Of a stretch of DNA of 64,000 bases, positions 52,204 to 64,000 are shown one piece after another; position 1 is the stretch's first letter; each line of letters starts with the position of its first letter. A program made the translations under genes and the position numbers. Source of the DNA: Eledone cirrhosa (taxonomy: Eukaryota); contig OZ024740.1 of NCBI GenBank assembly GCA_964016885.1, positions 283,836,001 through 283,900,000 on the forward strand. The letters are read 5' to 3'. The notes beneath the pieces were generated by a model. That model was not told the origin of the DNA. It worked only from the letters and a program-made list of their open reading frames with translations, and did not search any database.

Positions 52204-52712
52204 AGGTGGATTGGCAGTATCGGTAGAGGGTCGGACGCCATGCTTTCCAGCATAGTTACGTCCCTTTACGATCTGAGTTCAAATCCCGCCGAGGTTGACT
52301 TTGCCTTTCATCCTTACGGGGGTCGATAAAATAAAGTACCAGTAATGCACTGGGTAATTGCTGGCCTTGTGCCTAAAGTAGAAACAATTATATATAAATA
52401 AGTATAATAAGTTGAGAGATGAACTTTGTGAAGATATGTCAAGAAGTTTTAAAGCTCAATGTGTCTGTATGATTCATACATAGGGTAAAAAAATCCAAAT
52501 AATGTATGAGTGTAAAGTTACAGAGCATAAATAATAATTGTTTCTACTATTGGCACAAGGCCAGCAATTACCCAGTAGATTACTGGTACTTTATTTTATC
52601 GAGCCTGTAAGGATGAAAGGCAAAGTTAACCTCGGCGGGATTTGAACTCAGAATGACAAGGGCCGTAACTCTATGCGTCAAAGCATGGCGTCCGACCCTC
52701 TACCGATACTGA
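52204..52712. mobile_element. Two tRNA-derived SINEs (52204-52390 plus, 52535-52712 minus)
   Basis: Both match the main SINE family. Confidence 0.85.
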
Positions 52713-52819
52713 CATAATAATGATAATTCAACCAAGGCTTTAGGGGGAATTAATAACATTTTATTAATTTTACATACATTACAACAACCACAGAAATGTC
52801 TATAGATAGGGATGATTAA

Positions 52820-54430
52820 CCCTGTTGCATTTACATTATTCTACTATTGTATTTTTATAGTAAAGGCTTTATCTCACATAATATCGAATCTATAAGATTT
52901 TGATATTATTTATTTTGAGAACAATAAGTAGCCAGTATAAGCAGCTGGTTAAGGCCGGTTTGAACAGAGAGATGTGAGAGAATTCTGGCCGGATATGGCC
53001 GGTTTGAACAGAGAGATGTGAGAGAATTCTGACCAGATATGGCCAGTTTGAATAGAAAGAGGTGAGAGAATTCTGGCCGGATATGACCGGTTTGAACAGA
53101 AAGAGGTGAGAGAATTCTGGCCGGATATGACCGGTTTGAACAGAAAGAGGTGAGAGAATTCTGGCCAGATATGACCGGTTTGAACAGAAAGAGGTGAGAG
53201 AATTCTGGCCGGATATGACCGGTTTGAACAGAAAGAGGTGAGAGAATTCTGGCCGGATATGGCTGGTTTGAACAGAAAGAGGTGAGAGAATTCTGGCTGG
53301 ATATGGCCGGTTTGAACAGAAAGAGGTGAGAGAACTCTGGCCGGATATGACCGGTTTGAACAGAAAGAGGGGAGAGAATTCTGGCCGGATACGGCTAGTT
53401 TGAATAGAAAGAGGTGAGAGAATTCTGGCCGGATATGGCCGGTTTGAACAGAAAGAGGTGAGAGAATTCTGGCCGGATATAACCGGTTTGAACAGAAAGA
53501 GGGGAGAGAATTCTGGCCGGATACGGCTGGTTTGAACAGAAAGAGGGGAGAGAATTCTGGCCGGATATGACCAGTTTGAATAGAAAGAGGTGAGAGAATT
53601 CTGGCCGGATATGACCGGTTTGAACAGAAAGAGGTGAGAGAATTCTGGCCGGATATGGCTGGTATGAACAGAAAGAGGTGAGAGAATTCTGGCCGGATAT
53701 GACCGGTTTGAACAGAAAGAGGTGAGAGAATTCTGGCCGGATATGGCTGGTTTGAACAGAAAGAGGTGAGAGAATTCTGGCCGGATATGGCCGGTTTGAA
53801 CAGAAAGAGGTGAGAGAATTCTGGCCGGATATGGCTGGTTTGAACAGAAAGAGGGGAGAGAATTCTGGCCGGATATGGCTGGTTTGAACAGAAAGAGGTG
53901 AGAGAATTCTGGCCGGATACGGCTGGTTTGAACAGAAAGAGGGGAGAGAATTCTGGCCGGATATGGCTGGTTTGAATAGAAAGAGGGGAGAGAATTCTGG
54001 CCGGATATTACCGGTTAGAACAGAAAGAGGTGAGAGAATTCTGGCCGGATAAGACCGGTTTGAACAGAAAGAGGGGAGAGAATTCTGGCCGGATATGGCT
54101 GGTTTATATAGAAAGAGGTGAGAGAATTCTGCCCGAATATGGCCGGTTTGAATAGAAAGAGGGGAGAGAATTCTCGCCGGATACGGCTGGTTTATATAGA
54201 AAGAGGTGAGAGAATTCTGGCCAGATACGGCTGGTTTGAACAGAAAGAGGGGAGAGAATTCTGGCCAGATATGGCCGGTTTGAATAGAAAGAGGTGAGAG
54301 AATTCTGGCCGGATATGACCGGTTTGAACAGAAAAAGGTGAGAGAATTCTGGCCGGATATGACCGGTTTGAACAGAAAGAAGTGAGAGAATTCTGGCTGG
54401 ATATGGTCCGATGGTTTAAATGCTAAAGGG
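52820..54430. mobile_element. TTAA-flanked piggyBac-like MITE carrying a minisatellite
   Basis: TTAA|CCCTGTTGCATTTA ... TAAATGCTAAAGGG|TTAA. Single-unit relatives occur at 57143-57354 and 62119-62195. Confidence 0.8.
52953..54405. repeat. 44-bp tandem minisatellite, about 33 copies
   Basis: Unit gagaattctggccggatatgaccggtttgaacagaaagaggtga, with no spacers. Confidence 0.95.
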
Positions 54431-57400
54431 TTAAAAAAAATTATCATTTAGTGAGATATTAGTATATAAAGAAGTAAATCCATATACTAGGATAAACACA
54501 AGGAGAAACAAAAAAATAATTAAATTAATTAAGGGAAAATAACCCTACATATATTAATTTTTGATTCAATTGAATATTTAAAAACATCAAAGTATATGTT
54601 GACTTTTCTATATACCAAAATGACTTTACTAATTCAGAATACAATACTGGGATTACCATCATCTAAAACAAATATTGAAAAGAAACATCTGTTATGTATT
54701 CCAGCTAAATCAGCTTTAGCCTTCATTGACTCTAGGCTCATCACATGACCCTATCACTAGATTGCCTGTGATCATAGGTGTGTTCAATAAGAGTTGATTT
54801 GAGACAAACAACAACAAATGCATAAATGCAGACTGTTGCACAGCTGCCCACATAACAAATCACAGTATGGTGGAGTATGCAGTGTGGTCTTCTATCAGAC
54901 AAAGACATAGTCATGTTCAGAATGTAACATCTGCGTGCTACGCTGACATATCTTGAGACGACTTGAGCTTCACAACAATAACAAAAGAAAAAAAACATAT
55001 ATGTATATAGGACTGAGCAAGGTAATTTCCCTGAGGAGATCTGGGCCCTGTTTTCCCTTGTGCGTGGGTAATACAGTGAAATACTGGTGTTGGTACCAAA
55101 TCAAGCACTCTATGCACAGGTAAAGCGTATTCATTCATTCATTCATTTCATTTTACGTCCACTTTTCCCTGCTTGCAAGGGTGGGACGGGAACTGATTCT
55201 GGCTTGATTTCTACAGCTGGATGCCCTTCCTAACACCAACCTCATTTACAGTGAGTGCTGGGTGCTTTTTTGCCGTGGCACCTCCACAACCACTTAGCAG
55301 TGGAATGATAGGGACCCCAGTCCCTATCATCTCATTTCTACAGCTGAGTAAACTGGAGCAATGTGAAATAAAGTGTCTTGCTCAAGGAAACAACACATCA
55401 CCCGGTCTGAGAATTGAACTCACAACCTTTCGATTGCAAGCCCAATTCTCTAACCACTAAGCCATGTGCCTCCGTATATAATAGAAAAAATGAGGACGTT
55501 TCGTTTACATATGAAAGATATTTATTGTGTATCGACCAGTTACGCACGTTATATATACACCTTCTCAGCCCATATACCACAACAAAAATATATTTTTTGT
55601 CACATCACCAGTTGGACGAACAGAATGGGTTTCCTTAAGCCAATCCTATGCAAAACGCATGTAACAGGTTGATAGACAATAAAAAATGTTCATATGTAAA
55701 CAAAACTTCTTAGTTTTTTTCTATTATATATGTGTATATATGTGTATATATATATATATATATATAGTGAAAAATTGAACAGGAACAAAACAGAGAGGCA
55801 GTACGAACAAAGGTTTATTAGTTTCACGCTCTTGAGAGTGATATATATATATATATATATATATATTTATGCTTAATTCCTTATGAAAGGCACTGCCTAT
55901 GGATTTAAAAATAATTGTTTCTACTTTAGGCACAAGGCCACCAATAACCCAGTGCATTACTGGTACTTTATTTTATCGACCCCGTATAATGAAGTATTTT
56001 GAAGGATTTAGTAATATAAGTAACTTTCATTATTCAGCTGGTGCGATGGGAGAAGATTGGTGGAATTGTTAGAGCATCCATCAGAATGCTTTGGTTATGG
56101 CCCTTTATGTTCCGAGTTCAAATCCCATCAAGGTTAGCTTAGCCTTTCATCTTTACGGTTTTGTTAAATTAAACTACCAGTAACGCACTGGAGTTGATTT
56201 AATCGACTTTCCCCTCCCTTAAAATTGTTGGCCTTGTGCCTAAATCAGAAACCATTATTAAGCTGGTGCTTGGAGCATAACTTGACAAAGGTTTTTATAT
56301 AGAATTATGATGAAAGGCTTCAGACAAATATTAACATTTTAAAATATAAAGCTTTGTAACATAGAACAAGGGCAGTTTCAAGTGGTTTGGTATTAAAACG
56401 GTTAAGACTTTGTAAAGTATTCTAATTATTTTACCTTTCATATACCCCCACCCCACCCCTCACCAATCTATATTTTGTAAACTGCATTTGAAATTTTCTT
56501 GATAGACATTATTCAAAATTTGCCTGAAAGTGAAAATATTTGTGATGTTTGAAATAACAGATTCTTGTCATATGAATAATGTCCTATATTTAGGAAAGAA
56601 AGTTGTCAGTGTTCATTTGTTTAGCCCTAGGTCAGTCCTGATTGACAGGGTTGATTAGAGAGGGTGTCAGCTATGGTATTTACCGAGCATACCCCCACCC
56701 CCAGTTATTTTTTTTATTACAGAAAAACGTAATTCTATATTATAAGTGGTTGGTATAGTTGTGTGTGTGTGAATGTATAACAGTAAGTTGCATAACACAC
56801 AAGTCAATGAATGCAGCCTTCCACATTCAGTGAGATTTGTTATACGTGATGATACAGTCATATTTCTACCTATATTAGCCAGCAGGGGACCCAACTTGGT
56901 TATCCATTCCATTGCTGATGGAGTTGACCTATAATCAAAAGTATTCTGGTAGCAGACATAGCACCCATATTTTAAAGGTATAATGTATCCTACATTATCT
57001 TGGCTACACATTTTTTTTTCTCTTTTAAAAGTAGTATGGTGTGATTTGGGGGATATTTAGTTTCTATTTCTAGTATACCAAGTGACCATATTGAGGATGC
57101 GTATGTCTTCTCAAAGAGAGTTAGTAGTTTAATCCAAGTAAACCCTTTAGTATTTACATTACTCAATATTTACTATTGTATTTTTGTAGTAAACACTTTA
57201 TCTCACATGATTCCCTCTCATAATATTGAATCTACAAGGTTTTGATATTATTTATTTTAAAAACAATACCTTAACGTCAGTATGAGTTACTGGTTACAGC
57301 TGGTTTGAACAGAAAGAGGTGAGAGAATTCTGGTTGGATATGGCTAGTTTAAATTTCAACCAAGAAATACAATTGATTCACTAGGAGCTTTACTCCTTGG

Positions 57401-58069
57401 CTAAAAAAAGGAAAATGGGTCAGAAAATGTTGTTGAAAAGATATTTTGACAAGTAAGCTTTGTCATTACTGAAACTATCTTGACAACAATGAAGCCTCTT
57501 CCTTCAGACTATCCCCTGCCTCAATCAACCCTACCCTACCTATACTAGGAACAGTTCTGATACTACATTAGCACATGAAGGGCAACCAGTCAAATTCATT
57601 CCAAAGAAATTCATCATTTTTAGATACTCTAAACAAAACCACCAGTTTACTGTAAATATCTTTCCCTTTCTACAGCCAGAATGACCCATAAAAATTAAGA
57701 GAGAAGTCAGGAAAAAATGGAAGGGATGGAGAAGCAAGGAATAATATCAGGTAACTAGAAGAGGGGCTATACTTCAGATACATTTAACAAGGAGTAAAGC
57801 AGAAAATAAGAAGTTTGTTGATGTTCTGTGATGTTAGGATCAGAGATATGAAATATCATTGGTGAGGAGTATGTATGTAATGTAGTATAAATAATTGGGT
57901 AGAAAATTAGTTTAGATGAGAAACATTTGTGCTGTACCTGGATGGGACACCACTGGTGCTGCCTTTCTAGTAAGACAACTACAGGAAAAGCTTAAATAAA
58001 AAGTGAGCCACTATGCCTAGTTTCATTGACCCGAAGAAGACTTTTGACAAGTTATCATGTTCTGTAATC

Positions 58070-59773
58070 CAGGCATGTCAAACTGAGGATTCCCCAAGGA
58101 CCGCATGGGTCACATATGTGTTGTCTGAGGGCTGCAAACGACAACTAATTCTGCACATTATAACTAATTAAAGTCATTTAATAAAATTTATTGCAGAAAA
58201 ATTTGTTACTTAAATTTAGAAACATGCAATCATCATCATCATCATCATCATCATTTTATGTCCGCTTTTCCCTAGTAATGAAGAAACTAAAATTTTAAAT
58301 GGCAACATATACTTGCAGCTTGCAACAGCAACAAATACATTGTACAAAAATTACAACAGTTCAAAACTGAACATTTATTGCTATTATTCAACCATTTTTA
58401 GAGTTTTGTCCCGAGGCTTGACACCTCTTTTTGTTGACAATTTTTGGTATGTCTGGCTGAAATGTCTGTACAGTTCCAACTTTGATCAGAGATGACAAGT
58501 GTTGATCAGTCAGCCTTGTTCTCTGAGAAGCTTTTAAAATTTTGTTAATTTCACAAAGGAAAATAACTGTTCACACACATAGGTAGAACCAAACATTGCC
58601 CTAATCTTTGTAGCAAACTTTCTGAAGTTTTTTAACTTTTAAGGAAGGTATTAAAAGAAACCAGGTATCCCCACTTCAAGATACTTTGCTCTGGGTGTAG
58701 AATCTGACTGCATTTCCAATAGTTCCATCTGCAGGTTTCTTCTGCCTTGGCAAATTCAAAGGAGAATGGTGCTGAGAATAATGCAAACTGATGTTCAAAA
58801 GACGAGAAATCACAAAATCTTTCCTAAAATTGCTTTGACAACAATTTCAGGTGATTGTCATACTTAGCAAAGCTAAGTACACAATCAGTATTGGCAGTGT
58901 TTTTCAGCTCTCTGCATGTAGGAAAATGAACTAAATTTTCATTTGACAACTGTGACTGCCATAAGCTTAGTTTTTTTAATGAAGCACTTGATGTCATCAT
59001 ACAACTGAGTGATGAGTTTGTTTTTACCTTGTAATTTCAAATTAAGATAAATTAATTGTGCAGTAATATCCACAGCAAAAGCCAGATCTTGGAGCCAACT
59101 TTTATTTTTTATTTCATCTGTTTTGACCTTTCATCTCCAAAAACATAATTATTTCTTGTCTCAACAAACAGAATCTTTTCAGCACTTTGTGACATGACAA
59201 CCAGCAGACTTCTGTGTAGAATGGAACATCGGTGAACTGATTATCCATATCTTCCAATAACTGACTGAACTGACGGCAGTTGAGAGCATGGCCTCTGATA
59301 TAGTTCACTGTCTTTATGACCAAGCTAAGCACATGATGCAATTTTAAAATCTTTGTACACAAATTTTGCTGAAGAATAATACAGTGAAAATGTGCAAAGG
59401 ATGAATCTGGATGTGAGTTTTCTATTTTTGTTCGTAACTTGGCAGTAACAACATTATGTCTGCCAACCATATTCGCAACACCGTCAGTAGATAAGCATGC
59501 AAGTTTACTCAAATCAAAACCATAGTCATGCAGAACCTGCTTGACCTTCTCAAAGATGTCCTGGCTTGTACGGTGTCATGCATGGGGACCAGTTCAATCA
59601 GTTCTTTATAACTATTAAATTCACTGTCACAGCCCCCGATGAAGAATGCCAGCTGTGCTATTCCAGTGATGTCAACGGTCTCATCAATAGCAATAGAAAA
59701 ATGTTCAAACCTTGATGATAAAGCCTTGCAAAGGACCGCATGCGGCCTGTGGGCCACATGTTTGACATGCCTG
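58070..59773 (-). mobile_element. hAT (Buster/Charlie/SPIN-like) transposon with decayed transposase
   Basis: TIRs CAGGCATGTCAAAC / GTTTGACATGCCTG. Motifs FSIAIDETVD, STDG, HCII, EVCWLS and MFGSTYVCEQLFS. No matching TSD was found. Confidence 0.85.
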
Positions 59774-59832
59774 GTCTAGATAGATGAGAAACAAAATGAC
59801 GATGTAGTTTATGGAACACCCAAATGATTTAG

Positions 59833-60278
59833 AAGTCGACCTTAAGTAGGAGCAATGACATTAAGAAAGACATGAATGACACCACATCATTTTGTATTGA
59901 AAATTTTGAAAGTAGGTTTATAAGTATCAATTTCCAGTAGGTTTGTGTAGCTGTTTTAGAGGTCTAGTGGTAGGTACTAGAGAGGGAGGGGATCCTGGTC
60001 TTGTATTTAATCCTGGTCAAGAGGGACATGTAATTTATTTCAGTTTTTATTTTACATCCCATAGAAAAAAAATTTATCAGGAATCCTACTCCCAACCAGG
60101 ATTGAACTTCAGACCAGGATCACCACCATCTATGATTCCTCCAACTAAGCCGTTGAGACAGCTACGAAAGTATAATGAAAATTAATAATTATAAACCTAC
60201 TTTCAAAATCAAAGTTAAAAAGATGTGGTGTCGTTCATGGCTTTCCTAGAGCTATTAGTAGTATTTAGGGTCGACTTG
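59833..60278. repeat. Old imperfect palindrome (fold-back or MITE-like)
   Basis: Nested inverted matches: aagtcgacc/ggtcgactt, catgaatgacaccacatc/gatgtggtgtcgttcatg, attttgaaagtaggtttataa/ttataaacctactttcaaaat and atcctggtct/agaccaggat. Confidence 0.7.
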
Positions 60279-60469
60279 TCAATGTTCTGGCTCTTTGGTA
60301 ACAACCTTATTATTCCTATGCGTTGGTATGGACATATGATGCGCATGGAGGATGACCATGGGTAAAGAAGTGCCAAGGAATCCCAGTAGAAGGAAGACGC
60401 AGTAGAGGAAGACCACGGAAATCATGGGCGGAGGTGAATGTAAGTTTGTGAATGCATATTTTTGTACTC

Positions 60470-61430
60470 ATTTTTGAAAAAAATTCTAGTAGCTTATAAA
60501 GGCCATGTACTAAGATGGGGTCAACAGGGTGACAGTTAAGAATGAGTTCAGTAAAGTATTTATTTAGTGTACAGGTAGGAGTCCATTAAGGTTTGGTTCT
60601 CAGCTACTTGTTGTTTATTACAATCATCAAAGTCAGGCATGTCAAACTGAGGGTCCCCCGAGGGTCACATGGGTCACATATCTGTTGTCTGAGGGTCACA
60701 CACGACAACTAATTGCGCACGTGAATTGGCAGTATCGGTAGAGGGTCGGACGCCATGGCTTCCAGCATAGAGTTATGCCCCTTTATGGTCTGAGTTCAAA
60801 TCCCGCCGAGGTTAACTTTGCCTTTCATCCTTACGGGGTCGATAAAATAAAGTACCAGTAATGCACTGGAATAATTGCTGGCCTTGTGCCAATAGTAGAA
60901 ACAATTATGAAGATAAAACATGCTCGCATTGTAAAAACCTTTATGCAAGCCGCAGGTGTTCTTGTAAAGGGCTGTATGTTTGACATGCCTGATCTAAGTC
61001 ATTCAAGAAGCATTTAAAACTGGCTGTCTGTGGGAACTTCTGTATACAGATAATCTAATTTTCATAGCTTCAGCTATCCAAGAATTAAAGAAGAAATTCT
61101 AAAGGTAGAAATAAAACCTAGAATTGAAAAGTCTTAAAAGTTGATTTAACAAAGACAGAAGCTTTAGTTAGCAGGAAAGAAGACAGGATCCTTCTGCCAT
61201 CAGGTAAGAGGTCATGCTCATTATTCAGAAAAGGAGTTAACAGAACTCTTATATGGTGCATCCAATAGAAGCTATAAGTACACAAGAGATGTAGTGGGTT
61301 CATAAGCAAGTTGGTAGAGAAGGACTTTGTATATATATGGGTATACAAGAGATGTAGTGGGATCATAAGCAAGTTGATAGAGAAGGACTTTGTATATAGA
61401 TGGGTACACAAGAGATGTACAGGATTAATT
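60470..61430 (+). mobile_element. Decayed RTE RT fragment
   Basis: GVH*GLVLS...FKTGCLWELLYTDNL...LPSGKRSCS, interrupted by the hAT MITE. Confidence 0.7.
60634..60991. mobile_element. hAT MITE with a SINE nested at 60721-60908
   Basis: Same TIR as 58070-59773, with 8-bp TSD atcaaagt/atctaagt. Confidence 0.85.
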
Positions 61431-61865
61431 AGCTGTGAGAGCACCCACTCCTTTCTTTATATTTTATTCATGAATCATCATCACCTTCCATTTTATTCAT
61501 GAATCATCATCACCTTCCATTTTATTCATGAATCATCATCAACTTCCATTTTTCCATACTAGCATGGGTTAGATGAGTTGTCCTGTTGTAAGACAAGCCA
61601 GATCAGGTGATTGTGTTTTGCTCATACAGAACTGATTTGGGCTTGGTTTCTATGGCTGGATGCCCTTCCTAACACCAACCACATTTACAGTGTGTACTGG
61701 GTGCTTTTTATTGTGATATCTACACAACCACTTTACAGTGTGGACTGGGCACTTTTTGCCATGTCACCAACACGACCAGTTTCATAATAAAAAGGAAAAA
61801 AATCTTTAATTTATTTTAAAATTGATTGCAATTCTCTGGACTTATCTTTAGATATTATATATGAG

Positions 61866-62085
61866 GGCGGTGGATTGGCAGTATCGGTAGAGGGTCGGAC
61901 GCCATGCTTTACAGCATAGAGTTACGGCTCTTTATGGTCTGAGCTCAAATCCCGCCGAGGTTAACTTTGCCTTTCATCCTTATGGGGTCGATAAAATAAA
62001 GTACCAGTCACGCACTGGGGTCGATTTAATCGACTTTCCCCTCCCCCCAAATTACTGGCCTTCTGCCTATATAAGAAACTATTAT
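61866..62085 (+). mobile_element. tRNA-derived SINE (longer subfamily)
   Basis: Head, core and tail match the family, with attatatatg direct flanks. Confidence 0.8.
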
Positions 62086-62488
62086 ATATGTGGATCTTAA
62101 TACCTTCTAATAATTTAACCCTTTAGCATTTAAACCAGCCGAATTCAGCCAGAATTCTCTCACCTTTTTTCTGTTCAAACTGGCTGTAACTGGCTGAAGA
62201 TACTGTTCCCGTAACAATAACAAATGCAAGTTACATCATGGATTGCATAAGGGAACCATTGAAATAATTATTATGAATAAATGATTTATGTAACATCAGC
62301 ATTTTCCTTAATGTTATTCTTATACTGAATCTCCATTGTAACTACACACTACGAATGTAGAGAGCTTCTTCCTGCTTACTCCCATATTTACAAAAGCAAC
62401 TTCTACTAAACGCAATATATATATATATATATATATAAGCAAAAATAAATGGAGGAGAAGGCAATACATTCAAAAACAAAATTTACTC

Positions 62489-62524
<36 letters not shown>

Positions 62525-62525
<1 letters not shown>

Positions 62526-63051
62526 ATTGTTTGGAAGAACTTTAGGGAGCTGCTTCCTCTGTTGACAAAGAAGGGTTTATCCCTGCGTACGAAAGGCTAT
62601 TTATATGATGCCTGTGTGAGATGTGTGATGCTGCATGGTAGTGAGACATGGGCAGCAACTGCAGAGGATATGCGACGACTGGAGAGAAATGAAGCAAGTA
62701 TGCTCCGTTGGATGTGCAATGTCAATGTGCATGAATGACCAAGCATAGATGAGTTGAGAGAGAAACTGTGTATAAAAGGGAAAAGTTGTAGTGTGCGGGA
62801 GAGAAGACTGCGATGGTATGGACATGTGATGCGCATGGAGGATGACCGCTGGGTAAAGAAGTGCCAAGAAATCCCAGTAGAAGGAAGACGCAGTAGAGGA
62901 AGACCACAAAAAACATGGGTGGAGGTGGTGAGAGCAGACTTCAGATCGCTGAAACTCACGGAGGAGTTGACGAAGGACCGTAACAAGTGGAGAGATGCTG
63001 TGCTGAATAGGACCCATCTCACCCTTGCAAGCAGGGAAAAGTGGACGAAAA

Positions 63052-63083
<32 letters not shown>
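62525..63083 (+). mobile_element. RTE LINE 3' fragment with short UTR and (GAT)n tail
   Basis: Motifs [19 protein letters not shown] and RGRPQKTW, with TA repeats on both sides. Confidence 0.85.
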
Positions 63084-63091
63084 AATATATA

Positions 63092-64000
63092 CAGGGTGCG
63101 GACGATATTTGTTCGCAAGATTACTGTCTAGGAAAAAATAACACAGTAGTTTTATTTTTTAAGATATATTTATCAAACTTGGGTCAGTTTGTCTTCATGA
63201 CTTCTTCTTTCGATCTCACTTGATAAACCCGCCATTGGCTTTGATGACGGCCTCGGAACCGGCTACAGGCCTTCATCACTGTCCCCCGTCTTAGGCCCCT
63301 AAAGGCACTTGTGATCCTGGCCTTCAGATCGTCTTTCATATTGCAGCTAGATCTGTTGGTGTAGTGTGGTCGACGAAGTTCTCTGACAGCCAGGCTTGGG
63401 TCTTTCGGCTGGTATGGCAGGGCGCTGAGTCTTGCTGCCACACGTACGGCCTACCTGCAGCTACCTGGTTGATCCAGGGCTTTACTACCTCGCTCAGAAC
63501 ACGGATGTACCCATCGGTGTTCAGCTTGAGGCCCTCAGGGAAGAAGTGAGGTGGCATGACGTCACCTTGACTGCTGACGACACCTGAGACCAATGTTGTC
63601 GCTGGAAACTTTGTCTGCATGACTCTGAGCATGTCTTTGGATGAGACAGCGAGCCACCTGTTGTTCTGGGAGTTGATCTTCTGGTCTTGGCAGAAGTTTT
63701 TCTCATCGGAGAAAAACCACAGCATGTCTGGCTCGAGTGGGTGTTTCAACTTGTTGATCAATTTCTTTGCGTGCTTCAGTCGCTTTTCTTGCATCGCCTT
63801 TGACAGAAATTGTCCTTTCCTCAAGTTGTATGAAACGTAGTGAATGTCTTCATGTACCACCAGTCTAATGCGCTTTTCATCCACGCCTTTCTCCCTTGCA
63901 ATAGCACGCATCGACTTGCTAGGTTCATTGTTGATGATATCCTGAACTTCAGCGACGAACTTGGGCGTTCTGAAGGCGTCAGATCGTCGATCATGTGTTT
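63092..64000 (-). mobile_element. Tc1/mariner superfamily (maT/DD37D-like) transposon, running off the window
   Basis: TA|CAGGGTG terminus, with WFFSDEKNF and YVWQQDSAPCH. The segment carrying the third catalytic Asp (SPD.NPLDY) is deleted. Confidence 0.85.

Noticed and set aside
52953-54405. CRISPR-like array, and the 350-aa ORF at 53395-54447
   Set aside because: The units are contiguous with no unique spacers, there are no cas genes, and the context is eukaryotic. The ORF is a by-product of the repeat.

Overview
AT-rich, microsatellite-dense eukaryotic DNA with no recognisable host protein-coding gene. The SINE and RTE families suggest a cephalopod, probably Octopus (inference). Nearly everything interpretable is nested, mostly decayed transposable elements. 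Retroelements: a Penelope-like element (RT plus GIY-YIG, inverted terminal repeat), two divergent Tx1-clade LINEs with deletion derivatives embedded in (ATCT)n/(GATA)n, several RTE LINEs, a CR1-type LINE with an 8-bp TSD, a CRE-like 3' fragment and many tRNA-derived SINEs. DNA elements: a RepHel Helitron, a non-autonomous Helitron, hAT (Buster/Charlie type), Tc1/mariner elements, and a TTAA MITE carrying a 44-bp minisatellite. The most notable non-coding signal is about a dozen type I minimal hammerhead-ribozyme motifs from several unrelated families, most inside short fold-back elements. Three of these families carry a compensatory U3:A8 core (UUGANAA) instead of C3:G8. Coordinates were read by eye and may be off by a few bases.
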